NCBI GenBank assembly: GCA_963765495.1
Contig: CAVXWP010000001.1
Location: forward strand, 448,001-512,000
Source of the DNA: Blastocatellia bacterium
Lineage (GTDB): Bacteria > Acidobacteriota > Blastocatellia > UBA7656
DNA length: 64,000 bases
Reading direction: 5' to 3'
The notes beneath the pieces are model-generated. The model had not been told where the DNA came from, did not search any database, and saw only the letters and a program-made list of their open reading frames with translations. Positions 24,066 to 32,900 of this stretch are shown here, piece after piece; position 1 is the first letter of the stretch; every line of letters begins with the position of its first letter. Both the position numbers and the translations under genes were made by a program.

Positions 24066-25118
24066 TTACCGGTTTTTAATCCAAAGACATGAAGGTGGGG
24101 CGCGAGGTTGGATACTCTGACGCATCATTTCAAGAATGCGCCGGTTTACCTGATCGTCGGCGATTGCCACACACGGGGCAATCGTAAAAACTGATATTTG
24201 AAGATTAAATTTATCGCAGGCAGGCCAGGCAAAAACCAGGACCCTCACCGGCTTCAGGCTGGGCAGAGTTTGAGGCTGTGGCGAGGGAGCGATTTCAGGC
24301 GCGCGATTGAGAGCGATAAAGGAAGAAGAAGCGGCTTGCTGTTTAGCTGAGATCTCCTCACGAGTTTCAGCCCATTCGGGATAAGCAGCGGCAAAGGGAG
24401 ACCGCAGAGCGATTTCGCTAGCGGCCTGCGCTTCTGTGATGCGGCCGACTTCTGCAAGATCGACCGCAATCGCGTTATGGTAAACATAGAAATATAAAGG
24501 ATGCTGCTTGCTGACCAGCTGCATAAGAGGCGAAAGGTTTTCGAGATAGGCTATTGCTCCAAGATGATCGCCCTCTATGCTCTGGTGAAGCACTATATCC
24601 AAATGGGCCATCAGTATAGGAAGCCAATTTTGCCCATTTTTGGTTGATGCGATCTTTAGTGCTTCGAGATAACACCGCGATGACTCATCTACCTGACCTT
24701 GTTCGTAGTGTATTACTCCCAGCGATTGAATCGCTCGCGCCCTGTAGGCCAACGGCCCATTCTCTGCAACTTTTTCAAGCAGGAGTCGCGCTTCGCTTCT
24801 TTGCCCGCTCCGCTTGACGGCAAGAGCGTGATAGTACAAACCCGTCTGCCGCGCCGCTTCAATCGGCAGATTCATCAGCACCTGGCTTGCATTTTCAAGC
24901 GTTTCTAAATCACGCAGGCTGTAAGCATGTTCAGCGAATCGGGTAAATTTATCAGCAGTTTCATTGAATAATTGATGTGAGTTAAAAGTGTGAGCCAGTC
25001 GGCTCAAAATGGCGTGTTGAAACAATCCACCCCGGCCAGCCAAGCTTTCCAGGCCGGCAAATCCCAATTTGGAGGAAGTATTCGTGAGAAAACGACTTGT
25101 ATTTGCGGTTTTTTGCAT
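24066..25118 (-). CDS. TPR-like repeat protein with C-terminal PRAPP motif
   Basis: About four TPR-like helical pairs (e.g. RAIQSLGVIHYEQGQVDESSRCYLEALKI), Pro-rich linker, ends QPRAPPSCLWIKNR. Confidence 0.75.
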   Translation of the reverse strand: MQKTANTSRFLTNTSSKLGFAGLESLAGRGGLFQHAILSRLAHTFNSHQLFNETADKFTRFAEHAYSLRDLETLENASQVLMNLPIEAARQTGLYYHALAVKRSGQRSEARLLLEKVAENGPLAYRARAIQSLGVIHYEQGQVDESSRCYLEALKIASTKNGQNWLPILMAHLDIVLHQSIEGDHLGAIAYLENLSPLMQLVSKQHPLYFYVYHNAIAVDLAEVGRITEAQAASEIALRSPFAAAYPEWAETREEISAKQQAASSSFIALNRAPEIAPSPQPQTLPSLKPVRVLVFAWPACDKFNLQISVFTIAPCVAIADDQVNRRILEMMRQSIQPRAPPSCLWIKNR

Positions 25119-25413
25119 CCTTGCTCTTCCGCTTCTGTTTTCGCCTTCTCAATTCGATAAACAGAACATCTCGACTCCATTCACCACTGTTGCATTAGCA
25201 GGCCACACCCTTGTTGGCGGCTACTGCGACTGTGGAACTATCGGTTGCATTTGTGGTCCAGGTGAAAATTCTACAAACATCAAAACGACTGATCTTTCCG
25301 ACACAAATTCGGATGCGAGGTCCAGCAATCAAACCAACACCGCTGGGGCCGATCTGGCATCAGGGATGCTGGCATTTGCTTCCGCTCTTCTCCTGTGGTT
25401 TAGAATGCGATAA
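25084..25413 (+). CDS. Small exported Cys-rich protein (CxCx4CxC) with C-terminal hydrophobic/basic anchor
   Basis: GGAGGA RBS at 25071 then GTG; signal peptide MRKRLVFAVFCILALPLLF; YCDCGTIGCICGPGE; ends GMLAFASALLLWFRMR. Confidence 0.7.
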   Translation: MRKRLVFAVFCILALPLLFSPSQFDKQNISTPFTTVALAGHTLVGGYCDCGTIGCICGPGENSTNIKTTDLSDTNSDARSSNQTNTAGADLASGMLAFASALLLWFRMR

Positions 25414-25850
25414 AACTCTCAGCATCTCAAGTCCGAATTGAATCAACACCGTTAGATTCGCCGCCCCGACAACTTTGGCGGCTTAGGATGAGTGTGGCCT
25501 CGTGACCTGCGCATTGTATCATAAAAATTCCAGGATGAAACGAATAATCTAGCTTACATATACAAAATATTGAAGACATTTGAATGAATGAATTGCATCG
25601 TAAATATTCGGTCATATTGCCATTTGCCGGACAGATTGGATGCCGAAATGGAGACTTTTGGGCACTCCACCTGACTGCGCGGCAAATCCAGGGACAAGGC
25701 ATATTCTTGCCTGAATCAAGACGGTCGTCCGGGGGGCAATTCGGTGAGCCACTATAAAATGGATTCATTGCGACTGCCCCTATACTCTTGAAAAAGCTCT
25801 GCATTTGCGGTATAAGCAGTGGTTGCAAATCCCAGATCAAGTTCAGTTAT

Positions 25851-27668
25851 ATGCTTATGCGCAAAATTCAGCTTTTAATCATTACCCTCGCAATTTGCCT
25901 ACCCTCCCTCACAATGCAAATACCCGTCTCTGCTTCAAAGCATAAGCGAAACCCTTCCGCTTATGCTCCCGGAGAAGTAATAGTCAAGCTCAAGCAAGGA
26001 ATCGATTCCTTCACCTTGGCCGATAAGGAGCGGCACAATCGAGCGCTCGCCCGCTCGATTGGAGAGACAAACGGGAGGCTGCGGGATGAAGATATTGTGC
26101 CGATGGCCGTCCGTCCGAATCAAGATGCGAATCGAGATGCGAATCGAGATGCGAATCTTGATCGGATAGACGAGATCATATCGCGGCGCGGGCTGGATCG
26201 CACCTTTGTACTGCATTTTGATCGGAACGCCGATATTGATTCAATAATCGAGCGGCTTCGCGCCGATGACCGCGTAGAGTACGCAACGCCGAATTACCGT
26301 GTAACTCCGGGCTCGCTGCGACCGGATGACCCCGCCTTTATAAGGCAATGGGCGCTTTTGAACCTCGGTGCATTCGATAATCGAATCACAAAGGCTCAGG
26401 CTGATATCAAGGCGCTTGAGGCGTGGGACATAACTACGGGTAACCCCGATCTTATAGTGGCCATTAGCGACTCGGGCGTCGACATAGATCATCCTGATCT
26501 CGCGCCGAACATTTATACCAATCCCAAAGAAATCCCCGGCAACGGAATAGATGACGACAATAATGGATATATTGATGACGTGCATGGCGCAAATGTGGTG
26601 ACTCGCGACGGCGATGTCAGGGATGTATATGGCCACGGGACGTTCATGGCCGGCATAATTGCCGCGCGTATGAATAATAATGTCGGCATAAGCGGCGTTG
26701 CGCAGATAAAGATATTGCCGGTCAATTTTTTCACTACAGAGGATGACGGATTCCCTGTGGCGACTATGGCTGATGCGGCGCGCTCGCTGCTCTATTCGAT
26801 AGCCGCCGGAGCCTCGATCATCAATGCAAGCTGGAGCTCGGAACTCTACACGGCAGGCGAAGAAGCGGTGCCGCCGGAAGACGCTCAGGCGCTAAAGGAT
26901 GCGGTCCTTGCAACCAATGATGCGGGAGTGCTGCTTGTGTGCATAGCAGGCAATAAAGGTTACGATAACGACAAGAGCCTGCTTTACCCGGGCGCTTACA
27001 AGCTGCCTAATCAAATAGTTGTGGCCGCCACAGACTACAACGACAAGATATGGGCAGACTACTTCGGAAACTTCCTTATAACAGGCTTCGGCCAGACGAG
27101 CGTGCATCTGGCTGCGCCCGGTGTTTCGATACTCACAACCTCGGCACGCGGATCGTGTCTGCTCTGTTCGCTTTCGGATGACCCTGACGACTGGTACGCG
27201 CTCGTAGACGGAACATCTGCCTCCGCCGCATTCGTAACGGGTGTCGCGGCGCTGGTAAAATCGAAGTACCCCGAAGACCTCGCACCCGTCATAAAGAGCC
27301 GGATACTCGGCGGTGTTGATCAACTCGACACTCTCTATGACCGCGAAGGACACCCCTACGTAGCAACCGCAGGCCGTCTGAACGCATTCGGCGCGCTGAT
27401 GTTTCAGCCCGCAATAACGCCGCCCGTGCTTACCCGCGTGAAGTACAAAAAGGGATCAGGAAAGCTGCTCTTATATGGAGAGGCTCTACAGGAAGGCGTC
27501 GTTGCCGTTGTAGGAAACATCGTCTATCCGATAAAGCCTAAGAGCCCTGACCTGTCGGTCGTGCTGGCTCGCGTGCCAAACGATAAATTTCCTGTGGGGG
27601 TCCCGGTTTCGATCACTCTGCGCAATCCTGACGGCGGAATCAGCCAGATCGTGACCTTTACGCGCTGA
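25851..27668 (+). CDS. S8 (subtilisin-family) serine peptidase, secreted
   Basis: Triad motifs DSGVD, HGTFMAG, GTSAS; GNGIDDDNNGYIDD loop; signal peptide and propeptide. Confidence 0.92.
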   Translation: MLMRKIQLLIITLAICLPSLTMQIPVSASKHKRNPSAYAPGEVIVKLKQGIDSFTLADKERHNRALARSIGETNGRLRDEDIVPMAVRPNQDANRDANRDANLDRIDEIISRRGLDRTFVLHFDRNADIDSIIERLRADDRVEYATPNYRVTPGSLRPDDPAFIRQWALLNLGAFDNRITKAQADIKALEAWDITTGNPDLIVAISDSGVDIDHPDLAPNIYTNPKEIPGNGIDDDNNGYIDDVHGANVVTRDGDVRDVYGHGTFMAGIIAARMNNNVGISGVAQIKILPVNFFTTEDDGFPVATMADAARSLLYSIAAGASIINASWSSELYTAGEEAVPPEDAQALKDAVLATNDAGVLLVCIAGNKGYDNDKSLLYPGAYKLPNQIVVAATDYNDKIWADYFGNFLITGFGQTSVHLAAPGVSILTTSARGSCLLCSLSDDPDDWYALVDGTSASAAFVTGVAALVKSKYPEDLAPVIKSRILGGVDQLDTLYDREGHPYVATAGRLNAFGALMFQPAITPPVLTRVKYKKGSGKLLLYGEALQEGVVAVVGNIVYPIKPKSPDLSVVLARVPNDKFPVGVPVSITLRNPDGGISQIVTFTR

Positions 27669-27785
27669 GTCGCTTGCGGGCCGGTTCTTATTGGGAGATA
27701 ATGACCCGATTCGGGAGCGTCCGCTGTTTTTGTTGGCTCGTCATAACCCGATACTTGTTCATTTCTGGAATATTTTCAACCGAGG

Positions 27786-29861
27786 ATGACCGATATCAGA
27801 CAGACACTTTCACTGGAGCGTAAGCTGAGAATGTACGAGGCTCGTGAGGCGATTTTGAGCCGCGTCGGGTCGGAAACTTATTCCGTTATTGATCTGGACC
27901 ACTTCCTGCAAGGGACCGTAACCGAAGTCGGAAAGATGATGGAGGTGGACCGCTGCAACGTCATGACGCTTACGGCCGAAGGCCGCCTTCGCATTACCCA
28001 CGAATATCGCGCGGAGGCCGACGATATTCCTCTGCCTTCCTCAATCGATCTTGAAGTGCCGTTTGATTTGAACCGCCTGCAGGAAAACATGGACATCTAT
28101 AATCCGCAGGTGGTCGAAGACACCTCTTCGGGCGAATTGCCTCACGTAATACATATGCTGGCCGAGCAACTCGGAAGCAAGTCAATACTGATCGTGCCGA
28201 TCATGTCAAACTGGGAGTTGCTCGGCATGATAGGTCTGCATCACTGCCGCCGCAATTATCACTGGAACGAAGACGAAATAGACTTTACGCGCAGTCTGGC
28301 GCAGCAGGTAGCCATAGGCTATCGCTACACTCATATCTACAGCGAAAAGGAGAAAGAGGCGCGGATAAACAAGGCGCTTCTCGAAATCGCAAACGACATA
28401 AATACGGGGTCGGATTCTTCCGAGCTTACGGCGCGCATTCTCGACCGCTCTCTGGATTTGCTCCGGCTCCAGGCGGCCTGTCTTGCCATACTCGACGCAA
28501 ACAGCAGCGACATACACTTCACAAACCTGCGTACGGCCCCGGGCGTCAGCACCCAGATACTCAAGCAGCCGTCGCTTAAGATTCCCATCCAGGTGATGCT
28601 GCCAAAGACCATCGAGCACGGGCAGATGCTCAGGATACTCAGCCCGGACCAGAACGATTACACGCGGGTCTTTTTGACGGAGGTCGTCGCTTCGGGCGCG
28701 GCCATAATCGCCCCGATAATAATAGACGACCGTGTTTTCGGCGCGCTCATACTGCTTTGGGAACAGCCCAAAACCCATTTCACACGCGACGAAACGGCGC
28801 TCGCCCTGGGGATAGCCGACCAGCTTGCCATAGCGCTTTCAAAGGCCAGTCTGTCTGCCGAGGTTCTGAGGCTGCGGCGCGAGCTTGAACACGTCCACAC
28901 AGGCCACGATGCCGGTTTTATCGGCAAAAGCGATAACGTAGTCCGATGCGTGGAGATGGCGCTTTACGTGGCCGATAGTTCGACAACCGTCCTGCTTCAG
29001 GGTGAGTCGGGAACCGGCAAAGAATTGCTGGCCGATTTTATTCAGTCGCGCTCCTCGCGCGCCGATAAGCCTTACATACGAATCAACTGCGGGGCCATCC
29101 CTGAAAACCTGCTGGAAAGCGAACTGTTCGGACACGAGAAGGGCGCCTTCACCGATGCGCGCAATCGTAGGATAGGCAAGTTCGAAGAGGCAAACAACGG
29201 CACCCTCTTTCTAGATGAAGTCGGAGAGATGACATTGTCGGCGCAGGTCCGGCTGCTTCGCGTGCTGCAAAACGGAGAGATAGCCCGCGTGGGCGGCAAC
29301 GAGATTATTAAAACCGATGTTCGCGTGATAGCCGCTTCCAATATCAACCTCGAACGCGCGGTCAGCGAAGGCCGCTTCCGCCGCGATCTCTTCTATCGCC
29401 TCAACGTCTACCCGATTTCGCTTCCGCCGCTCAGGGAGCGGCGCGAAGATATACCGCTACTTGCGCTTCATTTTCTTGAAATCTATAAGAAACGCTCCAA
29501 CAAAAACATCACCGGCCTCACTGAAAAAGTGCTCGCCCGATTGCGCCGCTATGATTGGCCCGGCAATGTGCGCGAACTTGAGAACGCCATCGAGCGCGCC
29601 GTGATAATCGCTCAGGGGCAGCTTATTACCGTAGACGATCTGCCCGATGCAGTGCGCGGTGCCGAGAGCGAAGCCGACGCCCCTCGCACGCTCGAAGTGG
29701 AGATCGGAAACTCGATAAGCGAGATTGAAAAGCGCGTGATAATGGAGACACTCAGTCACACTCGCGGCGACAAATCGCGCGCCGCTCAGATACTGGGCAT
29801 AGGACGAAAAACGCTCTATCGCAAACTTCAACAATACGATCAGGACACCAATCGAAAATAA
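27786..29861 (+). CDS. Sigma54-dependent enhancer-binding protein with two N-terminal GAF domains
   Basis: GESGTGKE, GAFTDA, LDEVGE, WPGNVRELEN, Fis-type HTH; tandem GAF-like input region. Confidence 0.93.
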   Translation: MTDIRQTLSLERKLRMYEAREAILSRVGSETYSVIDLDHFLQGTVTEVGKMMEVDRCNVMTLTAEGRLRITHEYRAEADDIPLPSSIDLEVPFDLNRLQENMDIYNPQVVEDTSSGELPHVIHMLAEQLGSKSILIVPIMSNWELLGMIGLHHCRRNYHWNEDEIDFTRSLAQQVAIGYRYTHIYSEKEKEARINKALLEIANDINTGSDSSELTARILDRSLDLLRLQAACLAILDANSSDIHFTNLRTAPGVSTQILKQPSLKIPIQVMLPKTIEHGQMLRILSPDQNDYTRVFLTEVVASGAAIIAPIIIDDRVFGALILLWEQPKTHFTRDETALALGIADQLAIALSKASLSAEVLRLRRELEHVHTGHDAGFIGKSDNVVRCVEMALYVADSSTTVLLQGESGTGKELLADFIQSRSSRADKPYIRINCGAIPENLLESELFGHEKGAFTDARNRRIGKFEEANNGTLFLDEVGEMTLSAQVRLLRVLQNGEIARVGGNEIIKTDVRVIAASNINLERAVSEGRFRRDLFYRLNVYPISLPPLRERREDIPLLALHFLEIYKKRSNKNITGLTEKVLARLRRYDWPGNVRELENAIERAVIIAQGQLITVDDLPDAVRGAESEADAPRTLEVEIGNSISEIEKRVIMETLSHTRGDKSRAAQILGIGRKTLYRKLQQYDQDTNRK

Positions 29862-29884
29862 CTTTCTAAAGCGAGGTATACCCG

Positions 29885-30628
29885 ATGAAAAGAGTCTCGA
29901 ATTTCAGTATGGTTTTAATTCTCTTTGTTGCTGCTCTCTCTTTTGGGCTCGATACGGTAAAAGCGCAGGAGGGGGCAAAGATCGCTGGCAGCTGGGATTT
30001 CACAGTGGAATCACCGCAGGGCACTTTTCCCTCGCTGCTAGTAATAACGCAGGAAGGCGATAAGCTCACGGGCGCGATGAAAAGCACGCGCGGCGAGCGC
30101 GCCCTCGACAAAGTCGCTATAAACGGCGACGATGTAACTCTTGCAATCACGATCCAGTTTCAGGGATCGGATATGGTAATCACATACACGGGCAAGCTGG
30201 ACGGCGATTCGATGAAGGGCGAAGCCGATTTCGGCGGGCTCGCAACGGGCGACTGGTCGGCCGTGCGCCACAAGGGAGATATGGCCGCCTCCGCTTCTGC
30301 GCCTGCTACAGGCGCGACCAGCGCCGCTGCCAATATCAGCGGCGTGTGGGCCTTTACCGTCCAGACTCAGATGGGAACCGGCACGCCTACCTTCACCTTC
30401 GAGCAGAAAGGCGAAGAGTTGACCGGCAAATACAGCGGCCAGTTGGGAGAAGCCCCGCTCAAGGGAATGATAAAGGGGACGGACGTAAACTTTTCAATCA
30501 AGGTAAATGTTCAGGGTGAAAACCTTGAAGTTACCTACACTGGAAAGGTCGAAGGCTCGGATCAGATGAAGGGGACCGCCAAATTTGGTGGGCTCGGAGA
30601 AGGCACCTGGACGGCTAAAAGAAAATAA
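29885..30628 (+). CDS. Secreted protein with two tandem beta-barrel-like repeats
   Basis: Signal peptide; duplicated unit 'I.G.W.FTV....GT.......Q.G..LTG ... TYTGK ... MKG.A.FGGL..G.W.A.R'. Confidence 0.75.
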   Translation: MKRVSNFSMVLILFVAALSFGLDTVKAQEGAKIAGSWDFTVESPQGTFPSLLVITQEGDKLTGAMKSTRGERALDKVAINGDDVTLAITIQFQGSDMVITYTGKLDGDSMKGEADFGGLATGDWSAVRHKGDMAASASAPATGATSAAANISGVWAFTVQTQMGTGTPTFTFEQKGEELTGKYSGQLGEAPLKGMIKGTDVNFSIKVNVQGENLEVTYTGKVEGSDQMKGTAKFGGLGEGTWTAKRK

Positions 30629-30712
30629 TAGGTTTTGCCCCATCCGCCTCAGATAGTTATTTGCGATTGGCATCAGGCCGAATCATATTTGTTCAGAAAT
30701 GAAATATACATG

Positions 30713-30776
30713 CCACAGAGAGACAAAGGCGCAGAGTTTTTATAAGACGGTTTCTATGCCTGCCGCGCCTCTGTGG
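30713..30776. repeat. Palindromic 8-nt-period element (CCACAGAG...CTCTGTGG)
   Basis: CCACAGAG-AGACAAAG-GCGCAGAG left arm with a degenerate inverted right arm. Confidence 0.55.
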
Positions 30777-30947
30777 TCGTTCTGAACTCATAGGCCGAAT
30801 TTTCTATTTACTCAGGCTATTCACCGATATTTGCGGAAGCGGCCCTTTCCGTAAACCGGCGGGATAGCTTCTTTCATAATCAGGCCGAAACCGGCTATCT
30901 TCCAGCCCGCTGCCGCGCATCTTGCGGGTTGCCTGTAGAGGTGTCAC

Positions 30948-32798
30948 ATGAAACCTGAACAATACTCCTCGAATGGAAACTCGTCTCAATCTGAGAAACA
31001 GACGGCTATCCATCCAGAAGCGAGCACTGTTTCGCCTCCCGACGGCGGTAAATTGATCGTTTTGACTGCGCCGCTTACCGAGACCATCGATCACGCGGGC
31101 TATTTTATCCAGATGGGTATGGCAAGCATGCCTATCTGGATGGAGGGCGTCATTGATCGCAAGTATCCGCGCTGGCGCGAAGTCGAATATAACGAAGACG
31201 GCTCGGCGCGTTATATGCCCGCAGGCGTGCGGCTCGTGGAAAAATCCCTGCTGCGCGAATACGACCCGCAAGACATAGCCGCCTGCTACCCGGATGACCT
31301 CGAAAAGTTCGTAGGCCCGAATACCCGCGTAGTAGCCGTTTCGACTCACAATCCGCTAGGTGTAACCTTTGCCGCAGGCGTCTATACCTCGATCTTCGGC
31401 ACCTCAAAGATGCCGATCAACTCGCATTATTCGCGCCTGATGTTTGAGAAGATCAAGACTAATCCCTTCCGCAATAACTTCAAGGTGATAGTGGGAGGAT
31501 CGGGGGGATGGCAGATCACACAGACCGATACCTTCGAAGAACTGGGCGTGGATTGCGTGGTCGAAGGCCGTAGCGAATCGAGCGAAACTATGGACCTGTT
31601 TCGCCGGGCCATCGAGGGGGATGACCTCCCCAGACAGGTGGATGTGAAGCACCCTAATTCGCGTGATCAGATATTGTTCCCCGATAAGCGGACTACCTTT
31701 GGCGTGGTAGAGATGACGACCGGATGCGGGAGGCGCTGCCAGTTCTGTGTGCCCGATTTGAATCCGCAGATAGACCTGCCAAAAGACAAGATCATGAACG
31801 CGGTTCGCGCCAACGTCCGCGAGGGCAACAAGCAGATATCGCTCGCCACCGAGGACATGTTTATCTGGGGACAGGTGCACACCGACACACCTTTTTATTT
31901 CCCGAACCGCGAGGCGCTCCTTGACCTCTACTCCGAAATCGTAAACACCCCCGGCGTCGAACAGCACGTCCTGAGCCATTGCACCATTGCGCCGGCGGTC
32001 GTTGATCCCATTCTTATCAAGAAACTCTCGGAGATACTGCTCCCGCAAAGCCCTTTGCATTATCCTCGCTTGAGCACGCACCCCAAGCACAAGGCGCTCA
32101 CCCCGCTGATCGGGCTTGAGACCGGCTCCGTCAGCATGGCAAAGCAGATTATGCCGAGCAAGGGAGTGCCGTTTTCAATCGAAGACTGGCCCAGCGTGGT
32201 GATTCAGGGCCTTAAGGTGTTAAACGAGAACAACTGGTTCCCGGCCATGACGCTCATAGTCGGGAATCCCGGCGAGACAGACGAGGATGTAAAGGCCACA
32301 CTCGATCTTATTTACGAGGTGGAGCGGCGAGGGTTATTTGCCTTCTTTATCCCTTCGATCTTCACTCCGCTGCACGACACGCGCATGGAGAAGAAGAAAG
32401 GCGTGACCGAAACACAACAGCTCACGCCTCTGCAATGGCAACTGATGATGAAGTGCTGGAAGATGAATCTGCGGCCCGGCCAGTATAGCTGGTGGGGACC
32501 GACCGCCTGGCGCGTAGGTTCTATTGTGTTGTGGCTCTACAAACTGAGGCGGCTCAACGGGCCAAACTTTACCTGGCCCCTGTGGTTATTCTCGGGAGCC
32601 ATTCCTGAAAAAATGCTCGCGCGCATGGGCAAGATTTACGAGGGGCAACCCATAAAGATCAAGACCCGCAAAGAACTGATCGCCACGATGAAACCTCATC
32701 AATTGCAATACCTGCGCGCCGACAACGGAGACCTGCCCGAAGGCTTCACGGCTCCGCCGCCGCTGAGGGCCGGGCACGCCCTCAGAGTCCTTTCGTAA
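30948..32798 (+). CDS. B12-binding-type radical SAM protein (GrsA/GrsB-like)
   Basis: CGRRCQFC cluster motif; N-terminal B12-like domain (VVAVSTHNPLG, KVIVGGSG); GLETGS. Confidence 0.85.
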   Translation: MKPEQYSSNGNSSQSEKQTAIHPEASTVSPPDGGKLIVLTAPLTETIDHAGYFIQMGMASMPIWMEGVIDRKYPRWREVEYNEDGSARYMPAGVRLVEKSLLREYDPQDIAACYPDDLEKFVGPNTRVVAVSTHNPLGVTFAAGVYTSIFGTSKMPINSHYSRLMFEKIKTNPFRNNFKVIVGGSGGWQITQTDTFEELGVDCVVEGRSESSETMDLFRRAIEGDDLPRQVDVKHPNSRDQILFPDKRTTFGVVEMTTGCGRRCQFCVPDLNPQIDLPKDKIMNAVRANVREGNKQISLATEDMFIWGQVHTDTPFYFPNREALLDLYSEIVNTPGVEQHVLSHCTIAPAVVDPILIKKLSEILLPQSPLHYPRLSTHPKHKALTPLIGLETGSVSMAKQIMPSKGVPFSIEDWPSVVIQGLKVLNENNWFPAMTLIVGNPGETDEDVKATLDLIYEVERRGLFAFFIPSIFTPLHDTRMEKKKGVTETQQLTPLQWQLMMKCWKMNLRPGQYSWWGPTAWRVGSIVLWLYKLRRLNGPNFTWPLWLFSGAIPEKMLARMGKIYEGQPIKIKTRKELIATMKPHQLQYLRADNGDLPEGFTAPPPLRAGHALRVLS

Positions 32799-32802
32799 AA
32801 CG

Positions 32803-32885
32803 TTGACAGGATTTACAGGATTTCCGAAGGATTTACAGAATTAGAAATCTTGTTAAATCCTCCCGAATCCTGTAAATCCTGTCAA
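32803..32885. repeat. Family B 9-nt-period palindromic element between convergent genes
   Basis: Perfect 20-bp IR TTGACAGGATTTACAGGATT/AATCCTGTAAATCCTGTCAA. Confidence 0.85.
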
Positions 32886-32900
32886 AAATCCGAACCTTTA

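Noticed and set aside
25355-25370. TGGCAT-N5-ATGCT resembling a sigma54 -24/-12 promoter near the sigma54 activator
   Set aside because: The match is imperfect, lies inside a coding sequence and is about 480 nt from the next + strand gene
25427-25840. 137-aa - strand ORF next to the cassette
   Set aside because: Atypical composition, no clear RBS or motif, and it occupies the expected upstream region of the S8 gene
23400-25850. The cassette as an integrative or transposable element
   Set aside because: No integrase, transposase, tRNA target or flanking direct repeats are visible; mobility cannot be supported from this window
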